DNA from: a virus
Lineage: Duplodnaviria > Caudoviricetes
IMG/VR virus record: IMGVR_UViG_3300048606_000052
Location: 4,848 to 68,847 of that record
Reading direction: 5' to 3' (one strand)
DNA length: 64,000 bases
This document shows, piece after piece, positions 24,537 through 33,091 of this stretch; the stretch's first letter is position 1, and every line of letters begins with the position of its first letter. A model generated the notes under the pieces. That model made no database searches. It had not been told where the DNA came from and saw nothing but the letters and a program-made list of their open reading frames with translations. Both the position numbers and the translations under genes were made by a program.

Positions 24537-25655
24537 TCACCGAACGGGGTCGAGCTCGAGCAGCTCGTTGCCGAATCCGTCGAGTTCCGGGCCACCGTCA
24601 GCGCCGCCCGTGGCCCACTCGCGCAGGCCGTAGCAGCCCGGCGCGACCTTCACGAACTCGCCGGTCTCCTTGTTGCTCGTCGCGAGTTGCGCGGCCATCG
24701 TCGCCGAGGGCGTCAAGCCCTTGTAGACCTTGTCGCCGCCGTTGGCGAGGACCCACTCGGCGATCTTCGCCGTGTGCATCGGCTGCTCGTGATGCTCGAG
24801 CGCCTTGCGCATGAGTTGCGGGCCCGTGGGCCCACGGTCAGCGCGCGGCTGACGGGCGCGACGCGCCGGCTTGCTCGCGACGGCCGCGCGCATCGACGTC
24901 GCGGACGCGACGAGGAACGTCACGGCCTCGCCGATCGTCACGGGCTGCTCGGCCCACGCCTGCACGTCCTGATCGGTCGAGGCGCGGGCGTACCCGAGGA
25001 TGGCCTGGCGCGCCTCTTCGGCCTCTCGTGCGACGGCCTTGAGCTCGAGCAGCTCGTCGGCCTGCTCGCCGTTGGCGTGCTCGAGCGCGCGCAGTGACCG
25101 GGTGCGGCTGAGTTCGTCGCGGGTTGCCTTCGCGAGCGCGAGGACGTCGCGGCGGTCAGCGGCGGGCCAATCGCCGATGACGTCGTCGCCGAGCGCGAGC
25201 GCGAGGACGGCGGCGGCGTCACGTGTGACACGCGACGGTGTCTCATGCGACACGGCCGGCGCGGCGCCGCGGCGCGTGAGCTCGTCGGACTTCGCTTCGA
25301 TCTTCGCGACCGCTGCGGCGACGACGTCGGCGTAGGCGTCGGGGTCGTCGGGCACGGTCGGCAGGTCGTCGGCGTAGGGCCGCGGGTAGCTGTGCGGCCA
25401 CGCGCCCGGGCTCGCCGCGACGCCGAGCAGCGCATAGGCGTAGCGGCCGTTGCCGCCGAGCTTGACGGCGGACGTCAGGACGTAGCCGTAGCGGGTGAGG
25501 TCTGAGATGCGCTGGTGGAACGCCTGCACGCCCGGGACCTGCCCGAGCTCGACGTTCGTACGGATGCGGTCGGGATCGGCCATGAACGCGTTGAGTACGC
25601 GCTCCCAGCCGGGCACGCGCCGCGTGTCAGCGGGGCGGTCTGTCGGGGTCTCCAT
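24537..25655 (-). CDS. Protein with N-terminal wHTH and C-terminal HARE-HTH domain
   Basis: KALEHHEQPMHTAKIAEWV...GLTPSATMAAQL...GEFVKVAPGCYGLREW matches HARE-HTH; N-terminal FHQRISDLTRYGY. Confidence 0.75.
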   Translation of the reverse strand: METPTDRPADTRRVPGWERVLNAFMADPDRIRTNVELGQVPGVQAFHQRISDLTRYGYVLTSAVKLGGNGRYAYALLGVAASPGAWPHSYPRPYADDLPTVPDDPDAYADVVAAAVAKIEAKSDELTRRGAAPAVSHETPSRVTRDAAAVLALALGDDVIGDWPAADRRDVLALAKATRDELSRTRSLRALEHANGEQADELLELKAVAREAEEARQAILGYARASTDQDVQAWAEQPVTIGEAVTFLVASATSMRAAVASKPARRARQPRADRGPTGPQLMRKALEHHEQPMHTAKIAEWVLANGGDKVYKGLTPSATMAAQLATSNKETGEFVKVAPGCYGLREWATGGADGGPELDGFGNELLELDPVR

Positions 25656-25682
25656 GATGCGCGAGCCTCCTAGGGCTTCGTC

Positions 25683-25705
25683 GGGGTTGCGCCTCACAGT
25701 GTAGC
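25683..25705 (-). promoter_or_regulatory. Recurrent promoter motif copy (TGCTACACTGTGAGGCGCAACCCC), extended -10
   Basis: TG-C-TACACT then GCAACCCC then AGGAGG SD. Confidence 0.7.
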
Positions 25706-25731
25706 ATGACTGCTGGAGGTCTCGACTGCGG

Positions 25732-26679
25732 CTACGGCGTGAGGACCCCCGCGAGTGGCGGCATCTCGTCGTGCGCGCGGCCGTCGAGCACCCGGCCGTG
25801 CGACGTCGAGCGCTTGCCTCCCCACTGCTTGAAAAGGAACGCTGTGCGGGGCCCGTCGCTCACGGGTCCGCTGTCGCAGTGACCGCACGGGCGGGACGCG
25901 CCGCAGCACGTGAGTTGCCCGGGCTCGTAGGCGGTCGCCTTGCACGCATCGCGGATCGCGCGGACCCACTCCAGCTTGTGCGGGATCGGGGTGCCGTCCT
26001 CGTCAACGAGGCGCCGGCCCGGGCGTCCGCCGGACTCGCCGCCGACGATGACCCAGTCGATGTCCGTCAGGTCGAGCTGCGGCGCCAGCGGATCGCCGGT
26101 CGCCCAGCACGGCACGCAGCGGGTCGCCATCTCCGGGCCGGTCTGCCCCCGCGAGTCATAGCGCAGCGGGCCCAGCAGCGGCTCGCAGCTCAGGAACCGG
26201 ACGGCGGCGGGCACGGCGCGCAGCAGGTCGGCGCGGTGCACGAACTTGCGGGTGCCGATCGTGACGCCCATCCAGACGTTTGGCCAGCCGTCGCCCCAGT
26301 CCGCGGGGAGGTGCTCGAGGATGCGCTCGGGCCGGCTCGTGAGGACCTGAAAAACGGAGTCCGGGCAGCGGCGGATGACGTCCCACGCCTCGTCGCGCCA
26401 CGGGTCGGCGTCCTCGTGAAACCAGTCCGACCATGAGCACGTGAACACGAGGTGCCGGCCGTGGTCGGCGATGCACTCGGCGCGCTTGGTCGCCCACTTG
26501 CGCGACAGCGGCGCGTTGAACGTCTGCGGCGTGCATCGCACAACGACGGATGGGTCGCGGCCGTAGCGGCGCTGCTCGGTGAACATGTAGCAGTCGGCGC
26601 ACGTCGGGTCGACCTTCGTGCACCCCCGCCAGGGATTCCACGTGCTGTCCGTCCATTCGATCGCTGACGCCTCACCCAT
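25732..26679 (-). CDS. DUF5131 / phage Gp37-Gp68 family (radical-SAM-like)
   Basis: IEWTDSTWNPWRGCTKVDPTCADCY, FQVLTSRPER, RFLSCEPLLGPL, IDWVIVGGESG, FKQWGG. Confidence 0.92.
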   Translation of the reverse strand: MGEASAIEWTDSTWNPWRGCTKVDPTCADCYMFTEQRRYGRDPSVVVRCTPQTFNAPLSRKWATKRAECIADHGRHLVFTCSWSDWFHEDADPWRDEAWDVIRRCPDSVFQVLTSRPERILEHLPADWGDGWPNVWMGVTIGTRKFVHRADLLRAVPAAVRFLSCEPLLGPLRYDSRGQTGPEMATRCVPCWATGDPLAPQLDLTDIDWVIVGGESGGRPGRRLVDEDGTPIPHKLEWVRAIRDACKATAYEPGQLTCCGASRPCGHCDSGPVSDGPRTAFLFKQWGGKRSTSHGRVLDGRAHDEMPPLAGVLTP

Positions 26680-27340
26680 GAGCGAAGCCCTCCCCCGCCG
26701 CCGCGGTGTCATCGGGTGGCCGCCATGAGCAGCGATAGCACGCGACGATCGTTTCGACGCTCGCGTGCTCGGCGAGGCTGTAGAGCTCGTCTTCGCCGCA
26801 GCCGGGGCACAACGGCCAGCCGTCCGCGCGGTACGCGACGTAGGGGGTCTTCCTCTCGGCCAGCGCGACGCCGGCCTGCTCGTCGGCGACGTTTAGCGTG
26901 GCGGTCGCCGAGGCGATGAGCGCGAGCAGCTCTTCGCGTTCGGCGGCGCCGACGCGTGCGGCGACGGCACCGATGCCGGCGGTCAGGGTGCGCAGCGCGT
27001 CGTTTTGTGCGCGTGCGATCGTCGCGACCGCTTCGCTGCGACGGCACGCCTCGAGCGCTTCCTCGAGCGCTTCACGAAGGGCTTCGGTCTGGCATCGCTC
27101 GTCGGGGTACGGTCCGGCCCAGTCGCGGACGATGAGCCTCGTGGTGGGAACTGCGACGCCCTCGTCGCTGACCATGCGGTCCGGGCCAACCGTGCCGTGA
27201 AGGCGCACGACGACCTCGGCGCCGTCCGGGAAGACGGGGCCGTCGATGACGGCGCGGTGGATGGTGTAGCGGACGCACTGCGGGTCATCCTGCTCGGTCT
27301 GCGCGGCCTCAACTTCGCCGGGGGTCGGTGCGTCAGCCAT
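26672..27340 (-). CDS. Protein with coiled coil and C-terminal zinc ribbon
   Basis: CPGCGED...CYRCSW. Confidence 0.65.
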   Translation of the reverse strand: MADAPTPGEVEAAQTEQDDPQCVRYTIHRAVIDGPVFPDGAEVVVRLHGTVGPDRMVSDEGVAVPTTRLIVRDWAGPYPDERCQTEALREALEEALEACRRSEAVATIARAQNDALRTLTAGIGAVAARVGAAEREELLALIASATATLNVADEQAGVALAERKTPYVAYRADGWPLCPGCGEDELYSLAEHASVETIVACYRCSWRPPDDTAAAGEGFAHG

Positions 27341-29255
27341 GCGGGTCTACCTCCGAGCTCGCGAGTAGGTCGAGCTGTCCGGCGTGCGCGAGGTCGCGCC
27401 GGCGCTCGGTGGCTTCGTCGGCTGCGCGACGTCGCGCGACCTCCTGCGCGAGAACGCGCGCGACCGGGGTGCCGACCGGGAAGCCGGCCCAGAAGGCGAT
27501 GCGGGCCCGGGCGACGGCGGCGTGCGCGTCGTCCTGCTCTATGCCGACGAAGCGCATGCCGGCCAGGACCGCGGCGCAGCCCGTCGAGCCCGAGCCGGCG
27601 AACGGGTCGAGCACGACGCCGCCGGGCTGCGTGACGAGGCGGACAAGCCAGCCCATGAGATCGATCGGCTTGACCGTCGGGTGGCGGTTGCGGACCTCCC
27701 GCGGCTGCCAGTTCTCCCGGGGGCAGGCTCGGTCCAGCTTCGGCGTTTGCATCCCGACCCACTGCGCGTCGTCGGTACGTCCGGCGATCGGCAACCCGTC
27801 GAGGCCTGCCTCGCGCTCGAGCGGGCTGGCCTTTCCTGAGTAAAAGAAGCGAGACGCGCCGCCGGCGTCGGCGTAGAAGGGGCTGGCGCGGCCTTCGCGC
27901 CCGGCGCTGGCACCGTAGGCATTGGCGCTCGAGCCATCCTGCAGGGCGGGTTCGGTGCCCATGACCTGCGCCGACGCGCCAGCGTCGCCGCTGAGGTCGT
28001 CGAGCAGCGCGACGGGGCAGCCGATCTCGCACCGCCACGCTTCGATCGTTTCGAGGCCGTCGGCCTCGGCATAGGTGAAGTCCTCGCCGCGCTGGGAGGC
28101 CTTGTTGAATATCCCGCCGTCGCGGGCGCCCTCGGGAATGTTGCGGCGCACGCTGACGCCGGTCGGGACGCGCCGCTGCCCGACGAGCTCGCAGCCCGGG
28201 GCGTGCACGAGCGCGACGTTCGCCGGCCAGCGGCCCATGCGGTTCGCGCGTTCGATGCTCTCGGCCTGCGCCGCGGCGTTGCGCTCGGCGTCGCCGTTGG
28301 CTTGCAGCTCGGCGCCGACGATGCCGCGCCGGCGCGCGGGGTCTGAGCCGTCGTGCTTGAGCTGCTCGCCGCCTGTCTTGATGCGGCACGCGTCGATGTT
28401 CAGCGCGCCGGTGCCGGTCGCTAGGACCTGCGCCTCTACGGTGCCACGGAACGGCTTGCGGGCGACAGCGATCGGCTCGTGCGCGGGCTTGAGCGCCGTG
28501 CCCCAGCCCTCCCATTGCTCGGCCTCGGTCGTCGCGGGTGCGGTGATCGGCGTCGGGCCTTCCCGCGGTTCCCAGGCGTCGTCGTTCATCCGACCCAGCG
28601 CGCCCGGATGCGCTCGGCCGTAGCCGACGACTTCGCGTTCGGCGCCGGCGGCCGCGTCGATCGCCTTGCCGATGTTGCGCGACTTCGGCCAGCCCGAGCC
28701 GTAGACCCAGTCGACCTCGGCGCCGACGTCGCCGTTGAGCGTCAGGACGCGGTCGCGGATCTCGAAGCCGGCGTCCTCGACGCCGCACGCCAGGCGGTGA
28801 TAGGTGCGGGTGCCGCCGAACGCGAGCAGGAACCCGCCGGGCTTGAGGACGCGCAGGCACGCGCGCGCCCACCGCTCAACGGAGGCCTGGAATGCCCGCG
28901 ATTCGCCCAGCGATGAGCGAACGCCGCTGCCCGGCAGGTATCCCCATTCGGTGCCGGTCGGCTTATCCCAGCCGGTGTTCATGAAGCTGATCCCGTAGGG
29001 CGGGTCCGTTACGACAGCGTCGATCGACTCCGCAGGCATCCGCTCAAGGACCTCGACGCAATCGCCGCACTCGACGTGCCACCGCTCGACGTCGCCGGGG
29101 TCGAGCGGCGGTGGCAGGTCGGGCAGGGCGCGGGGGCTGCGAACGATCGCGCCGCATGGGCACGAGCGGAGCACGAGCAGCGGCGGTTCTGTGTGCGTGA
29201 CGGCGTGCGCGTGCTCGCACCCGGGGTCGCCGCCTTCCCACGGGCCGGCGCTCAC
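27333..29255 (-). CDS. N6A/N4C DNA methyltransferase (beta class, long variable insert)
   Basis: GDCVEVL, VTDPPYG, LRVLKPGG, HPTVKPIDLM, LDPFAGSGST. Confidence 0.92.
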   Translation of the reverse strand: MSAGPWEGGDPGCEHAHAVTHTEPPLLVLRSCPCGAIVRSPRALPDLPPPLDPGDVERWHVECGDCVEVLERMPAESIDAVVTDPPYGISFMNTGWDKPTGTEWGYLPGSGVRSSLGESRAFQASVERWARACLRVLKPGGFLLAFGGTRTYHRLACGVEDAGFEIRDRVLTLNGDVGAEVDWVYGSGWPKSRNIGKAIDAAAGAEREVVGYGRAHPGALGRMNDDAWEPREGPTPITAPATTEAEQWEGWGTALKPAHEPIAVARKPFRGTVEAQVLATGTGALNIDACRIKTGGEQLKHDGSDPARRRGIVGAELQANGDAERNAAAQAESIERANRMGRWPANVALVHAPGCELVGQRRVPTGVSVRRNIPEGARDGGIFNKASQRGEDFTYAEADGLETIEAWRCEIGCPVALLDDLSGDAGASAQVMGTEPALQDGSSANAYGASAGREGRASPFYADAGGASRFFYSGKASPLEREAGLDGLPIAGRTDDAQWVGMQTPKLDRACPRENWQPREVRNRHPTVKPIDLMGWLVRLVTQPGGVVLDPFAGSGSTGCAAVLAGMRFVGIEQDDAHAAVARARIAFWAGFPVGTPVARVLAQEVARRRAADEATERRRDLAHAGQLDLLASSEVDPHG

Positions 29256-29503
29256 GTGGGCTCCGACTCGAAGATGGCGCCCTCTTCGGTGGTGTAGGCG
29301 GCGAGGACGTGCACGAGCGCCTCGGGCGGCACAGACGCCAAGCAACGCGGCCCGTCGGGCGTGCTGACGAGCAGCGTCAGCGCGCCGCCGTCGTACTCGA
29401 CGATCACGTCGGCGGGCTCGAAGGTCCAATCCTGGCCGGGCTCGCCGGCGCCGGGCGGCCACCATCCGCACTCGGCACTAGCAGGTTGTGTCACGGAGCT
29501 CAC
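29252..29503 (-). CDS. Small hypothetical protein
   Basis: AGGAG SD before GTG 29503. Confidence 0.55.
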   Translation of the reverse strand: MSSVTQPASAECGWWPPGAGEPGQDWTFEPADVIVEYDGGALTLLVSTPDGPRCLASVPPEALVHVLAAYTTEEGAIFESEPT

Positions 29504-29826
29504 GAGTCGCCTCCTAGGGCACAGGGTCGCTTTTCTCGTCCACCTTCGCAGCGCCCGTGGTAGCAGCCGCAGAAGTCGCAGAGGTAGACGCGGTGGCCGG
29601 CGTAGACGAGTTCGTCGCGGCAGCGTTCGTACAGCGCGCAGTTGTTGCGCGGGTGGCTGCTGCCGCCGCCGCCGCCGCGGACCACGGGGCGCTGGCCGGG
29701 CAGGGGCCGCAGCTCGCCCCAGTCCACGAGAGGGCGGCCCGTGACCCACGTGTACTTCCCGGCCGCCGGCGTGACGACGTGCCCGTCCAGCGGCCCGCCG
29801 ACGCATGGGAGGGGCCCTCTAGACAA
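29500..29826 (-). CDS. Small Cys-rich protein
   Basis: GGPLDG N-terminal motif; CDFCGCYH..C...C. Confidence 0.55.
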   Translation of the reverse strand: MSRGPLPCVGGPLDGHVVTPAAGKYTWVTGRPLVDWGELRPLPGQRPVVRGGGGGSSHPRNNCALYERCRDELVYAGHRVYLCDFCGCYHGRCEGGREKRPCALGGDS

Positions 29827-29953
29827 CGCGAGTCACTTCCCAGCGCTCGGAGCCGCAGTAGGGGCAGGCGCGGTGCGCGCGGTGCGCTTCGCTGGTTGCC
29901 GACCACGGCAGGCGGCACGCCCAGCAGCGCACCGCCAGCATGATGAGGCGCAT
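29819..29953 (-). CDS. Zinc-ribbon peptide (44 aa)
   Basis: Hand translation ..RCWAC...ACPYCGSERW. Confidence 0.55.
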   Translation of the reverse strand: MRLIMLAVRCWACRLPWSATSEAHRAHRACPYCGSERWEVTRVV

Positions 29954-29962
29954 GGCCCGGGG

Positions 29963-30976
29963 CTAGGCGAGGATCGTCTGAGCGAGGTCGGCGAGCCGAT
30001 CGTCTACGTCGGCGCCTCCCTCGGTCAGCACGCGCGTGATCGCCGTGCGCTGCTCGACGAGCCGCGGCCAGCGTGCCTCGGCCCACTCGACGAGTCCGTC
30101 GGCTCGTGGCGTGTGGCCGTCGCGGCGCTCGGCGCGCTCGGCTTCGCGAATGTCGGCGGCGAGCATGAGGACGCGCACGGGGTCATCGAAGACGCCCTCC
30201 TGCGCGCGGCGCGCGATCTCGCCGAGCAGTTCGGGTAGCTCGTCGCGGGCGGTCTCGAGCGTGTCGCCGGGTCCGGAATGCGCGCGGATGATGCGGCGGG
30301 CGGCCTCGACTGAGCGCTCGTCGACCTCTTCGACGGTCGTTGGCTCGAGCACGCGCTCGTCGGGCGCGCGGACCTCGGCGGCGAACGCGACGCCGTTGAG
30401 GACGAGGATCCACTTGCCGGGTGAGTCCTCGCGGGCACGGATGACGCCGAGGCGTTGGCGCTTGCGCACCGTGAACTTGACGAGCATCGCGCGCTTCTCG
30501 TGGCGCATGGCTTCGATGATCGTCCGCAGCGACTTCGCGAAGCCGGGGTCGGGCTGGATGTAGAAGAAGCCGCTGAGGCGGTCGGTGGGGACGCGCCGGT
30601 AGTCGATGAACTCGAGCAACTCGACGGCTTCGAGGTGCGTCACGGCCTCGGCGTATTCGATCTCGGACGGTGGGACGACGCGGAAGTCATCGCCGACGCG
30701 GACGCCCTTTACGGCCTCGTGGACGACCTCGGGCACCGCGACGGGGGCGAGGGCGTCGAACGGGACCGTCGCGGGCACCTCGCCGGTCGCGTCAGGCTGC
30801 GGGAGCTGGTACAGCGTGCGCTCACGCTCCGCGTGAACGTACTGCTGCACGCGTGGCGTGCCGTCGGGGAAGGCGGTGTCGAAGCGGACATCTCGCGAGC
30901 CGGTCGCGGGCACGATGCCCACCGGGATCTTGAGCAAGTCGCCGAGCTCGAGCGTGGTCCTGGCTACTGCGCGCAT
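29963..30976 (-). CDS. ku: Ku-like DNA end-binding protein
   Basis: MRAVARTTLELGDLLKIPVGIVPAT..DVRF; FFYIQPD; AMLVKFTVRKRQRLGVIR; LVLNGVAFAAEVR follow the prokaryotic Ku core. Confidence 0.85.
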   Translation of the reverse strand: MRAVARTTLELGDLLKIPVGIVPATGSRDVRFDTAFPDGTPRVQQYVHAERERTLYQLPQPDATGEVPATVPFDALAPVAVPEVVHEAVKGVRVGDDFRVVPPSEIEYAEAVTHLEAVELLEFIDYRRVPTDRLSGFFYIQPDPGFAKSLRTIIEAMRHEKRAMLVKFTVRKRQRLGVIRAREDSPGKWILVLNGVAFAAEVRAPDERVLEPTTVEEVDERSVEAARRIIRAHSGPGDTLETARDELPELLGEIARRAQEGVFDDPVRVLMLAADIREAERAERRDGHTPRADGLVEWAEARWPRLVEQRTAITRVLTEGGADVDDRLADLAQTILA

Positions 30977-30995
30977 TGACGGCCTCCGAAGCGTA

Positions 30996-31018
30996 GGGGT
31001 TGCGCCGCAGACTGTAGC
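30996..31018 (-). promoter_or_regulatory. Recurrent promoter motif copy upstream of ku
   Basis: GCTACAGTCTGCGGCGCAACCCCTACG...GGAGGCCGTCA, nearly the same leader as mihF. Confidence 0.7.
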
Positions 31019-31054
31019 CGATAGGGGGGCCGGCGGGGTGAACTCGCGGGCGGT

Positions 31055-31786
31055 TTACGGCGGCGGGAGCGGGACTATCACCGCCGGCGGCGGCTGGCAG
31101 GCGTAGCCGAGCGTCGGGTCCTGAAGCGCGCACGGGACCTGCGGCGCAGGGGCACCATCGGCGCCCGGCAGTCCGGCCGGTCCCGTGGGGCCTGCGGGGC
31201 CCGTCGGGCCGACCTCGCCGGGGGCGCCATCCTTGCCCGGTTCGCCCTTGTCGCCCTTGTCGCCCTGCGAGCCGCGGTCGCCCTGCTCGCCCTTGTCGCC
31301 CTTCGCGCCGGGCTCACCCTGCGGCCCCGTCGGACCGATCGGACCGGTCGCCCCCGGTGGCCCCGTCTCACCCTGCGGCCCGGGCTCACCCTGCGGCCCC
31401 GTGTCGCCCTGCGGGCCGGTGCCCCCGCGGCGGCCTACCTGCCGCACGACCTCGCGATGCACTTCGACGCGGGTGCGGTGCAGCACGATCGAGCGCGTTC
31501 TCATGCCTTCCGCTTTCGCGACGCGCTTCGCCGCGGCCTTCGCCTTCGGGACCGCCTTGATAGCCGTGTCGAGCTTCGTCGCGTTGGTCTTCGAGCGCTC
31601 CTCGTTTTGCACGACGACGTCGCCGACGCCGCCCGTGACGATCGCGCTGACGGCGCTCACGAGTGAGCAGACCACGCACAGCACGAGCACCGCCGCGTAC
31701 CACTCCGGGCTGAGGTAGTGGCGGCCGCGCGCTTCCGGCGGGCGGTCGGTCCAGTCGGTGCGAGGGGGACGGCGTCGGCTGCTCAT
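31055..31786 (-). CDS. Membrane-anchored collagen-like protein
   Basis: TM at aa ~30-52 then 31 consecutive Gly-X-Y triplets. Confidence 0.85.
   Translation of the reverse strand: MSSRRRPPRTDWTDRPPEARGRHYLSPEWYAAVLVLCVVCSLVSAVSAIVTGGVGDVVVQNEERSKTNATKLDTAIKAVPKAKAAAKRVAKAEGMRTRSIVLHRTRVEVHREVVRQVGRRGGTGPQGDTGPQGEPGPQGETGPPGATGPIGPTGPQGEPGAKGDKGEQGDRGSQGDKGDKGEPGKDGAPGEVGPTGPAGPTGPAGLPGADGAPAPQVPCALQDPTLGYACQPPPAVIVPLPPP
31148..31426 (-). repeat. Collagen Gly-X-Y coding repeat
   Basis: [12 protein letters not shown] ... GAD GAP. Confidence 0.9.
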
Positions 31787-31992
31787 GGCGTGTCCTTACG
31801 TGCCGCCAGGAGCTGTCCGAAGACCTCGAGCCCCTCCCGGCCGAGGATGAACCCGATGACTGCGAACGCCGGCTTGTTGAGCGTCGTCGCCGGGTCGATC
31901 AGGGCACGGTCTACGAATATGCCGCCGATCCACGCGGCCGCCCACACGGTGATGACCACGCCGACGACGACGAGCTGCAGCGTCTTTACCAC
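31783..31992 (-). CDS. Two-TM membrane protein (holin-like)
   Basis: [27 protein letters not shown]...FAVIGFILG. Confidence 0.6.
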   Translation of the reverse strand: MVKTLQLVVVGVVITVWAAAWIGGIFVDRALIDPATTLNKPAFAVIGFILGREGLEVFGQLLAARKDTP

Positions 31993-32165
31993 AGGCGCCT
32001 GTTCGTCGCGATACCGATCAGAAAGCCGGTCGCAAGCAGCCAGAGATTCGACGGGTCCCAGAGCTCGTCCACGTTGCCCGTGACAACCGCCGCGAGCACG
32101 AGCACCAAGGCGACGAGTAGCGACCCGATGCCGATACGCCGCGCCGCCAGCCGTTCCGGCGACAA
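31986..32165 (-). CDS. Two-TM membrane protein (holin-like), absent from ORF track
   Basis: Hand translation [59 protein letters not shown]. Confidence 0.55.
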   Translation of the reverse strand: MSPERLAARRIGIGSLLVALVLVLAAVVTGNVDELWDPSNLWLLATGFLIGIATNRRLW

Positions 32166-32168
32166 GGG

Positions 32169-32537
32169 TCAAAACCCCAGCAGCGCGCACAGTGAGAACC
32201 CCGCCGCACCGAACAGGACCCCGAACACGACGGCACGGCCCCGTGTGCGAAAGAGCTTGTCGCTCAGCAGCCGGTCCAGGCGGCGCTTCTCGATGGCGGC
32301 CTCTGCGGCGAGTGTCGAGCGGGCCGTTTCCGTCTCGCCGGCGAGCCCTACGCGCGTGGCCTCAGTCACGTCGGCGAGCTCGGCGCGAGTCGCCTCGGTC
32401 TCGACGCGGGTCGCCTCGGTCTGCTCTTCGGTGGCGGTCATCGCCGTGCGCAGGTCGCGGACCTCGCCGTTGAGCGCCTCGGCGTGTTCCTCAATCGCGT
32501 CGAGGCGCGCGAGGATCTTGGCGTTGGAGTCGGGCAC
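32169..32537 (-). CDS. Coiled-coil protein with C-terminal TM
   Basis: TEATR repeats; AVVFGVLFGAAGFSLCALLGF. Confidence 0.7.
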   Translation of the reverse strand: MPDSNAKILARLDAIEEHAEALNGEVRDLRTAMTATEEQTEATRVETEATRAELADVTEATRVGLAGETETARSTLAAEAAIEKRRLDRLLSDKLFRTRGRAVVFGVLFGAAGFSLCALLGF

Positions 32538-32620
32538 CGGCTGCTCCCCCTACATCGTGTGGACCCCCACGATGGTATGCGCGCCCAGCCGGGCCAGGTC
32601 CAGCCTACGGCCGGGTGGGG

Positions 32621-32941
32621 CTAGACGTCCGCGGCGGCGGGCTGGCGCTCGACGGCGGCGCGTTGCGCCTTGAAGGCCTCGAGCGAGTCGCGGGTCCAGA
32701 GCGTCCACGTGCCGGCGTCGCCGAGATCCTGAAACGGCGTGGGCATCGTGCCCTCGCGCTTCCACCGGCTGACGGTCGTGCGGTTGACGCCGAGGAACTC
32801 GGCGGCCTGCGCGGGCCCGAAGAGGTCGCCTGGTCGCAGGAGCTGCGCGCCGGCGTTGACGAGGTCGACCGCTTCGCGCCAGGTGGCGTCCTCGGCGCCG
32901 TCGGCGTTGCATAGTGCGTTCATGAGTTCGTCGGACGTCAT
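32621..32941 (-). CDS. Excisionase/AlpA-like HTH protein
   Basis: LFGPAQAAEFLGVNRTTVSRWKREGTMPTP...W. Confidence 0.8.
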   Translation of the reverse strand: MTSDELMNALCNADGAEDATWREAVDLVNAGAQLLRPGDLFGPAQAAEFLGVNRTTVSRWKREGTMPTPFQDLGDAGTWTLWTRDSLEAFKAQRAAVERQPAAADV

Positions 32942-33081
32942 CGCGTCACGTATCCCTTCCGTCGTTGGGCGCGCCGGCGCGCGCGGAGCGTGGTGTAGGT
33001 GACGCGCATCGCATAGGCCGCGAACCACAGGCCGAGACCGGCGATGGTCAGGATGGCGAGGGCAGCAGCAGCGTCGATCAT
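32938..33081 (-). CDS. Small single-pass membrane protein
   Basis: AAALAILTIAGLGLWFAAYAM then basic tail. Confidence 0.6.
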   Translation of the reverse strand: MIDAAAALAILTIAGLGLWFAAYAMRVTYTTLRARRRAQRRKGYVTR

Positions 33082-33091
33082 GCCGCACAGG

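Noticed and set aside
31148-31426. Repeat arrays as CRISPR (also 46222-46560)
   Set aside because: In-frame collagen Gly-X-Y coding repeats without unique spacers or cas genes
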